Origin: Pseudodesulfovibrio piezophilus C1TLV30
Lineage (GTDB): Bacteria; Desulfobacterota; Desulfovibrionia; Desulfovibrionales; Desulfovibrionaceae
Direction: 5' to 3'
DNA length: 32,000 nt
Assembly (NCBI RefSeq): GCF_000341895.1
Contig: NC_020409.1
Location: forward strand, 2,640,001-2,672,000
Positions 26,442-32,000 of this stretch are shown here, piece after piece; positions within the stretch are counted from its first letter, which is position 1, and each line of letters opens with the position of its first letter. The notes under the pieces are model-generated. The model did not search any database. It was not told the DNA's origin and was given only the letters and a program-made list of their open reading frames with translations. Position numbers and translations under genes: made by a program.

Positions 26442-26481
26442 AAAAAAGAAAGGCCCCGGCGATATAGCAATTGCCGGGGCC
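26442..26481 (-). terminator. rho-independent terminator, probably for the fdh operon
   Basis: Stem GGCCCCGGC (26452-26460) / GCCGGGGCC (26473-26481). On the minus strand it is followed by TTTCTTTTTT (complement of 26442-26451). Confidence 0.65.
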
Positions 26482-26562
26482 GAAAACCCCGTATGCCATA
26501 TTGCCAGGTCCGGCGGCAAGCTTACGGAGGTGTTCTCGAAACGAAATTTGTGGGGAGTGATT

Positions 26563-26605
26563 CCCGGTACGAGCTTTTGGCCCGTACCGGGAAGTTTGGT
26601 TTTTT
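26563..26605 (+). terminator. plus-strand terminator-like hairpin abutting the fdhB stop codon
   Basis: Stem CCCGGTACG (26563-26571) / CGTACCGGG (26583-26591), followed by AAGTTTGGTTTTTT on the plus strand. Confidence 0.45.
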
Positions 26606-27329
26606 ACGTGGTCATGCGTTTGAAGGGGCGACCGAGCTTGGCCAGGAATTGCTTCCGGGTCAATGGTCCTTTCTGGATGGAGGAAGCATCTGCCGAGAGC
26701 ATCTCGAAGTAGCTGTCGGGGTCTGTCTGCACCAGATAGATGACACGCACTTCATCGGCGTCCACCAGTTCCGCATCAGGGAATTTTTCCTGAGCCTTGG
26801 CCAGGCGCTCTTCAGCCAATTCCAGCATGTCTTCCCGATCACCGAAGTTCATGGTGCCGGTCGGGCACGTCTTGACGCAGGATGGCAACATGCCCGCCTT
26901 GACGCGATCATTGCACATGTCGCACTTGACCACGCGGCCGGTTTCCTCGTTGAGGCGCGGAATGTCATAAGGACATGACATTCTGAAGAGGTCCTTATCC
27001 GGTTCCTTGGCGGTCAGTTCCGTATAGACCACTGCCCCGGTTTCCTGATCGTGCACGATAGCTCCGGGCACAGTCATGGCATCGAGACAGGGCGGTTCAA
27101 CACAGTGACGGCATTGTTCCGGGAAGAACAGCCACTGCATTTTTTCGTCTTCTTCCACTTCGCTGAAGCGAACCAGTTTCAGGGTGTTTCCATTGAGATC
27201 CTTCGGATTTTGATGGGAACCCCAATTTTCTGTTTCTTCTCCGGGAAGTTTCTTCCATTGTTTACAGGCAACCTGGCAACCACGGCAGGCCGTACACTTG
27301 GTCAGGTCGATGAAGAATGTCTTATCCAT
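26604..27329 (-). CDS. fdhB: formate dehydrogenase iron-sulfur (beta) subunit, multi-[4Fe-4S] ferredoxin type
   Basis: 241 aa. Cys clusters CTACRGCQVAC, CRHCVEPPC, CPYDIP, CDMCNDRV...CVKTCP. RBS AAGGAGGA; starts 12 nt after the fdhA stop. Confidence 0.9.
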   Translation of the reverse strand: MDKTFFIDLTKCTACRGCQVACKQWKKLPGEETENWGSHQNPKDLNGNTLKLVRFSEVEEDEKMQWLFFPEQCRHCVEPPCLDAMTVPGAIVHDQETGAVVYTELTAKEPDKDLFRMSCPYDIPRLNEETGRVVKCDMCNDRVKAGMLPSCVKTCPTGTMNFGDREDMLELAEERLAKAQEKFPDAELVDADEVRVIYLVQTDPDSYFEMLSADASSIQKGPLTRKQFLAKLGRPFKRMTT

Positions 27330-27341
27330 GTCATTCCTCCT

Positions 27342-30300
27342 TTACGCCTTGCGGACGTTGACCATAAAGGCCTTGGTTTCAGGGATACCGGTATTGGGGT
27401 CACCAACGGACGGAGTCAGGATGTTGGAAGTGTCTCCACCATTCTTGGGCCATGTCCAGCCAAAGTGCCATGGAAGGCCGACCTGATGAACAACGGACCC
27501 CTGCACCATGAACGGCTTGAGTCGTTTGGTGACAATTGCCTTGGCCCAAATGGAGCCGCGCAGGGAATCGACCCAGACCTTGGCCCCGTTTTCAATCCCG
27601 CGCAGTTCAGCGAGTTCTTCGGACATTTCCACGAAAACCTGCGGTTCCGCTTCCGTGAGCCACGGTTGGTTGCGGGTCATGACACCGGTCTGCCAGTGTT
27701 CAGTGACGCGGTAGGTTGTGCCGATGAAGGGGAACTTGGGATCGCATACGGCCTTTTCCTCATTATCGTAGGTTATAGCCGTGGGGTTGTGCAGCGTCCC
27801 GGAGAAGGGATGATCCTTGACCGGACATTCCAGCGGTTCATAATACTCAGGCAGCGGACCGTCCGCACGACCGGGACCGTATAGTTGGCCAAAGCCGTGT
27901 TTGCGCATAATGAATGCGTGTTTCGTGCCGGGTGCCCAGCCGCCATCGGGGACGTCGCCGACCCATTTTGTCTTGGGTCCGGTCCATGCGATGACAGGCT
28001 TTTGGGGATTATAAGGGTTGCCCTGCATATCAACGGAGGCTCTGTTGTACAGGATACGGCGGTTGACAGGCCAGCACCATGAGAAGTTCGGATACAGACC
28101 GATTTTGGCTTGTTCCGGGGTTTGAGCCAGACTTCTGCGGGCTGCCATGTTGCCCTTGTCCGTGTAGGAGTTGCAATAGAGCCAGTTACCGGACGTGGTT
28201 GACCCATCGTCCTGAAGATAGGCGAAGCTCGGGACCTGTTGGCCTTTCTTGAACTTCTTGCCTTTGATCTCCACATCACGGGTAAAGTACCCGTTGATCA
28301 GCTTGGCGGTCTTATGCGGATCGAAGATGCCGTTGGTGGCGATATTCCCCCATGAGAGCCTGGTGATCGGTTCCGGGTATTCTCCGCCTTCCTTTTTGTA
28401 CAGCTCCTGAATCTCATGCATCAGTTCATACATGAGGTCACCATCAGGCTTCAGTCCGTGAGGGGCATCCGGTCCTTTGTAGCGCCACTGCATCCAACGG
28501 CCGGAGTTGGTCACCGACCCTTCCTTTTCGATAGACACGGCGCAGGGCAGGAAGAAGACTTCGGTCTTGATCTTGCTGGGGTCCATGTCTGGACCTTCCC
28601 AGAACCAGCCTGTTTCGTTGGGGAAGATGTTGACGTTGACCAGCCAGTCCAATTTGGTGAGAGCCTCACGGTTCTTGTTGGCATTGGCACCGGAACACGC
28701 CGGGTTCATTCCCCAGGAGAACAGACCCTGAAATTGTCCCTTGTTCATTTTGTCGAACAGGGTCAACCAGGAGTATTCGCTGGCTGCGGCGGAATCGAGC
28801 CTCGGCAGGTAGTTGTACGCTGTTTCCGGGTCATCATCCGACCACATGGATTTGATCAGGGAAGCCGAATATTTCGGATAGTTCTGCCACCAGTTGGCTG
28901 ATTTGGGATCATGGGAAAGTGGCGTGTATGCCTTGTTGTAATCCGCCAATGTGGGCTGAGCCGCCTTGGGCGTTTTCAGGTAACCGGGCAGGATGTGGAA
29001 GAGCAAGCAATGGTCCGTTGATCCCTGGACATTGGATTCGCCGCGCAGGGCATTGACGCCGCCGCCTGCGATTCCGATGTTGCCCAGCAATAACTGGATC
29101 ATGGCCATGGCTCTGATATTCTGCACGCCAACAGTATGCTGGGTCCATCCCATGGCATACATGATGGTCCCGGCCTTGTCTCCGGTTCCGGTCGCGGCAA
29201 AGGTCTCATAAAGACTGATCAGATCGTCGCGTTTCATGCCGGAGATATCCACGACCTTATCCAGGTTGTAGCGCTCGTAATGCTTCTTGAGCATCTGATA
29301 GACGCACCGCGGATCCTGAAGTGTGGGGTCCTGTCTGGGGACGCCTTCGGCATCCAGAGCAAAGGCCCATTTTTTCTTGTCGTAGGATTTTGTTTCCGGG
29401 TCGTACCCGGCGAAGATGCCGTCTTTGAATGTGTACTTGTCACCGACGATGAAGGATGCGTTGGTATAGTTGACCACGTAATCCTTGAAGATCAGGTCTT
29501 TGTCCAGGATGTACTTGATCATGCCGCCGAGTACGGCGATATCAGCTCCGGAACGGATGCCCGCATACATGTCGGCCTTGGCCGAGGTCCTGGTGAATCG
29601 GGGGTCCACATGAATCAGGGTCGCGCCCTTTTCCTGTGCCCGTGTAACCCATTTGAAGGAAATGGGATGGTTTTCGGCAGCGTTGCTGCCCATTATCAAA
29701 ATACAATCAGCATTCTGGAGGTCAATCCAGTGATTGGTCATCGCACCGCGTCCGAACGACTCTGCCAGAGCCGCAACAGTTGCGCTGTGTCAGATCCTTG
29801 CCTGATGTTCTATGTACACCAGGCCGAGGCTGCGGAGCATTGTCTGGTAGGCCCAACACTCCTCGTTATCCAGGGCGGCCGAGCCAAGGGAGGCTATGCC
29901 GTCACACCGGTTGACCACTTCTCCCCGCGAGTTCTTGTGGGTGAAGGTCTCATCACGACTCTTCTTGACGTTGTGGGCAATTTTTTCCAAGGCCCAGGCA
30001 AGAGAGACTTTCTTGAATTTGCTTGAATACGGGGCGCGGTAGAGAACGGAATCCGGGCGACGGTCATTTTCAGCGACCTGCCAGATGGATGCGCCCTTGG
30101 CACACAGAGACCCTTCATTGACCGGATGATCCGGATCTCCCTCGACATTGATGGCGCGCATGTCCTTGAGGGATGTGTTGACAATGAGACCGCAACCCAC
30201 TGCACAGTAACAGCAGACAGTGGTGGTCTGCTTACTCCATTTCGGAGTCAGGGCGGTAACCCTGTCGGTCATGGCCGACTTGGGTGTACACCCCAGCCCC

Positions 30301-30371
30301 AGGCCGCCGAACGCCGTTGCAACGGCAGCGGTGGCAGAGAGCTTGAGGAAGTTCCTTCGGTTGGTATGCAT
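27342..30371 (-). CDS. fdhA: periplasmic formate dehydrogenase catalytic (alpha) subunit, selenocysteine-containing, Tat-exported (1009 aa including Sec)
   Basis: ORFs 29790..30371 and 27342..29741 are in the same frame, separated only by TGA at 29790-29792. The junction reads EHQARI-U-HSATVAALAESFGRGAMTNHW, the conserved Sec/Cys active-site context of Mo/W formate dehydrogenases. Twin-arginine signal MHTNRRNFLK. N-terminal Fe-S motif CCYCAVGCG...CAKG. Confidence 0.9.
29745..29789 (-). promoter_or_regulatory. candidate bacterial SECIS region directly 3' of the UGA
   Basis: mRNA reads UGA CAC AGC GCA ACU GUU GCG GCU CUG GCA GAG UCG UUC GGA. It contains self-complementary segments (CAGCGCAA/UUGCGGCUG and GGCUCU/AGAGUC). 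I did not compute a fold. Confidence 0.4.
29790..29792 (-). other. in-frame UGA selenocysteine codon of fdhA
   Basis: Plus-strand TCA at 29790-29792. Flanking codons translate ARI and HSA in the same frame. Confidence 0.85.
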
Positions 30372-30395
30372 TTGACCTCCTGATGTTGACGCGGG

Positions 30396-30626
30396 TCAGC
30401 GCCCGCGAATCTCGCGACTCAAGGCCACGAGCAATGAATAACCGCTGAGCTGCACGAGACTGTCCATGACGGGCAGGAGAACATCATCACAACCCCAGTG
30501 GCTGTGAATGTGAGGCGTCATCTCCTGCGCCGTGGCCTGGACGGCGTTCATGGAGAGACCCAGCCCGGAAAAGGGCATCATCTCTGCCATGTCGGCAGCC
30601 GAACCTTGAGTGGATGAAAACCGCAT
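30396..30626 (-). CDS. small hypothetical protein (76 aa) immediately upstream of fdhA
   Basis: ATG 30626 is preceded by GAGAGG. GC content rises sharply relative to the AT-rich upstream region. Stop is 24 nt before the fdhA start. An alternative start at 30698 gives 100 aa. No family recognised. Confidence 0.4.
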   Translation of the reverse strand: MRFSSTQGSAADMAEMMPFSGLGLSMNAVQATAQEMTPHIHSHWGCDDVLLPVMDSLVQLSGYSLLVALSREIRGR

Positions 30627-30764
30627 AGGTGTACCTCTCACTTGTTTGGTCCTATGGTTATGGGTGAGTTGAGTATAATCGGCAATGATAAAAGTCATTT
30701 GCGTATTCTCGCACAGCTGTTTTTCATTGTGTTTTATTTAACATGTTGAATTTCAGGAGGTTAC

Positions 30765-30786
30765 TTTATGTCAAAATAGACATAAA
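30765..30786. repeat. perfect 8-bp inverted repeat TTTATGTC-N6-GACATAAA (candidate regulator or enhancer-binding-protein site)
   Basis: Read directly: arms 30765-30772 and 30779-30786, spacer AAAATA. Located in the AT-rich intergenic region upstream of the fdh operon. Confidence 0.5.
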
Positions 30787-30841
30787 ATGATTTCTTTAGT
30801 GCGGTTTGACACCGGTGATTTGATGGAAATGAAATGCGGAA

Positions 30842-30857
30842 TGGCACGACGTTTTCT
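30842..30857 (+). promoter_or_regulatory. sigma54-like -24/-12 element on the plus strand
   Basis: TGGCACGacgtTTTCT versus consensus TGGCACG-N4-TTGCW. Spacing is correct and there is a single mismatch (G to T in the -12 GC). The 30765-30786 palindrome is centred about 90 nt upstream of the predicted start (about 30868). Confidence 0.3.
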
Positions 30858-30980
30858 ATACATGTTGCAAAGACAGAAGGGGACCCGCCTAAGCTCGGAT
30901 TGTCAGGTGAGATAGTCTCCGATGGCTCAAGGGTATCCCCTTGAAAATTCTATTTCCATTGGGAGTGAAAACAAGAGCTG

Positions 30981-31002
30981 TTTTGGAAAAATATTTCCAA
31001 AA
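30981..31002. repeat. perfect 9-bp inverted repeat TTTTGGAAA-N4-TTTCCAAAA
   Basis: Read directly: arms 30981-30989 and 30994-31002. Additional TGGAAAT (30824-30830) and ATTTCCA (30952-30958) half-sites lie nearby. Confidence 0.5.
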
Positions 31003-31054
31003 AAAACGCTTTTATCAATTCCAAACAATTATGGCTCTTTTGGGAAGCTCTGTT

Positions 31055-31074
31055 GCCGCTATGGGCGGCTTTTT
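31055..31074 (+). terminator. short plus-strand terminator-like hairpin
   Basis: GCCGC (31055-31059), loop tatgg, GCGGC (31065-31069), followed by TTTTT. The stem is only 5 bp. Confidence 0.3.
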
Positions 31075-31190
31075 CTGATCTTGTGAATATTTGAGAAGGG
31101 GTGCTTTTCGACACTTCAAAAGCAGGGGCATCCCCGGACCATACGGGTCGAGAACACTCGGTGGCCGGAAAAGGAGGGGCGGGTGATTTA

Positions 31191-31220
31191 CCCTGTCCCG
31201 GCACAGAGGCCGGGACAGGG
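31191..31220. terminator. strong hairpin just downstream of the molybdopterin-binding-domain gene (terminator; strand ambiguous)
   Basis: Perfect 12-bp stem CCCTGTCCCGGC / GCCGGGACAGGG with a 6-nt loop. It sits 8 nt past the minus-strand stop. The only T-rich tract (AAACGATTTTATTT) is on the plus-strand side. Confidence 0.6.
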
Positions 31221-31228
31221 AAACGATT

Positions 31229-32000
31229 TTATTTACCGAAGGGGCATTTGGGGAATGAGCATGTTTTACAGTTCATGCAGAAACCGCCTTCTCCCAGTGC
31301 CGCGAGGTCTTTTCTCGTCAGTTCCTGTCCGGCCAGCAGCCGTGGCAGGATGACATCAAAGGCCGTCGTTTTATAGAAGAGCGCACAGGCCGGGACTCCG
31401 ATTATTTGAGCGGATCGGATTTTTCCGACAAGAGTCATGGTGCCGGGCAGCATGGGCACGCCATAGTGATCATCGGTCAGTCCGGCATCGATGAGAGCGC
31501 CTCGGGTGACATCGTCCGGGTCCACGGACATGCCTGCGGTCGTGATAATCATGTCACACCCGGCATCGAGCATGGCTGTGGCTGACGCCGTGATGGCCTG
31601 ACGATCGTCCGGGACAATGTCGGTTCGGTGGATTTCACTGCCGAGCTTGATGATCTTGGAGGAGATGATGGGAATGAATTTGTCTTCGATCAACCCCTGA
31701 AAGACTTCCGTGCCGGTAACGAGTATGCCGACCTTGGCTTGTCTCAATGGAGACACCGAGATGATTGGCCCTTCGCCCAAGGCGGCAATGGCCCGGCTGA
31801 ATTTGTCGCGAGAGATATAGAGAGGCAAAGCGCGTGTACCGCCAACGCCCTTGCCCTTGGGCATAAGAGAGCCGTCATGGCGGGTTGTGAGCATGACGTC
31901 GGGTGAGAGATTGAAACGGGTCAGTGCATCGCGGTCGACGGAGAGCATTCCCGGAATCTCTGCCAGAAAGTCTATTTTGCCCTCTTCGGGGTTGGCGTCG
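31229..32000 (-). CDS. molybdopterin-binding (MoCF_biosynth/MoeA-like domain) protein, 5'-truncated by the window edge
   Basis: VGILVTGTEVF...DIVPDDRQAI...CDMIITTAGMSVDPDDVT matches the MoaB/MogA/MoeA-type cofactor-binding domain pattern. C-terminal CMNCKTCSFPKC cysteine cluster. The frame stays open from 31949 to 32000. Confidence 0.8.
   Translation of the reverse strand, partial: DANPEEGKIDFLAEIPGMLSVDRDALTRFNLSPDVMLTTRHDGSLMPKGKGVGGTRALPLYISRDKFSRAIAALGEGPIISVSPLRQAKVGILVTGTEVFQGLIEDKFIPIISSKIIKLGSEIHRTDIVPDDRQAITASATAMLDAGCDMIITTAGMSVDPDDVTRGALIDAGLTDDHYGVPMLPGTMTLVGKIRSAQIIGVPACALFYKTTAFDVILPRLLAGQELTRKDLAALGEGGFCMNCKTCSFPKCPFGK

Noticed and set aside
31031-31078. 15-codon micro-ORF MALLGSSVAAMGGFF in the fdh-proximal intergenic region
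   Set aside because: No RBS, and it overlaps the terminator-like hairpin. More likely part of a non-coding transcript.
31120-31180. Plus-strand CCCCGGACC...GGAAAAGGAGGGG, reminiscent of the Moco riboswitch P1 and RBS region, next to Mo-cofactor and fdh genes
   Set aside because: It is on the wrong strand for both flanking genes. The conserved CUCCGAGCC block is not matched exactly, and no downstream plus-strand ORF exists. Left as part of the candidate sRNA region only.
1-32000. Scan for tRNA T-arm signatures (GGTTCGAATCC and its complement), CRISPR-like regularly spaced repeats, and transposase, integrase or phage genes
   Set aside because: Every TTCGAA occurrence lies inside a confident CDS or an unrelated context. 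I saw no repeat-spacer periodicity and no mobile-element protein motifs.

Overview
Gene-dense chromosomal window, about 50% GC by eye. Gene content resembles a sulfate-reducing Desulfovibrionaceae-like bacterium (inference only).

Left to right:
- A 5'-truncated alpha/beta hydrolase, a small hypothetical gene, and a ~770-bp ORF-poor gap that ends in a terminator-like structure.
- A two-gene RND efflux operon (membrane-fusion protein plus AcrB-like pump, no outer-membrane factor).
- A convergent PHP/TrpH-like phosphoesterase, a Trm112-like zinc-ribbon protein, and tandem Hsp20 genes.
- A ~17-kb block dominated by signal transduction:
  - an MCP with a periplasmic CXXCH heme-c motif;
  - a NarL/LuxR response regulator with a 1080-aa multi-PAS HisKA_3 kinase;
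  - a protein with a TonB-like N-terminus and an apparently nucleophile-less alpha/beta-hydrolase fold;
  - a 953-aa hybrid kinase and a CBS/ACT-like protein;
  - an apparent operon of double-Cache MCP, 806-aa hybrid kinase and CheY-like regulator.
- An orphan radical-SAM gene with CX4CX2C cysteine spacing.
- A periplasmic selenocysteine formate dehydrogenase operon, fdhAB. The ORF track splits fdhA at its in-frame UGA.
- An AT-rich ~530-bp intergenic region and a 5'-truncated molybdopterin-binding-domain gene.

No rRNA, tRNA, CRISPR array, transposase, integrase or phage gene was recognised. I found no clear-cut novel multi-gene system. The best second-look candidates are:
- a sigma54-like promoter with an upstream palindrome and downstream terminators in the fdh-proximal intergenic region (possible orphan sRNA or antisense RNA);
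- the TonB-anchor/pseudo-hydrolase fusion protein;
- the ORF-less 770-bp region upstream of the efflux operon;
- the MCP/hybrid-kinase/CheY operon;
- the unusual radical-SAM gene.
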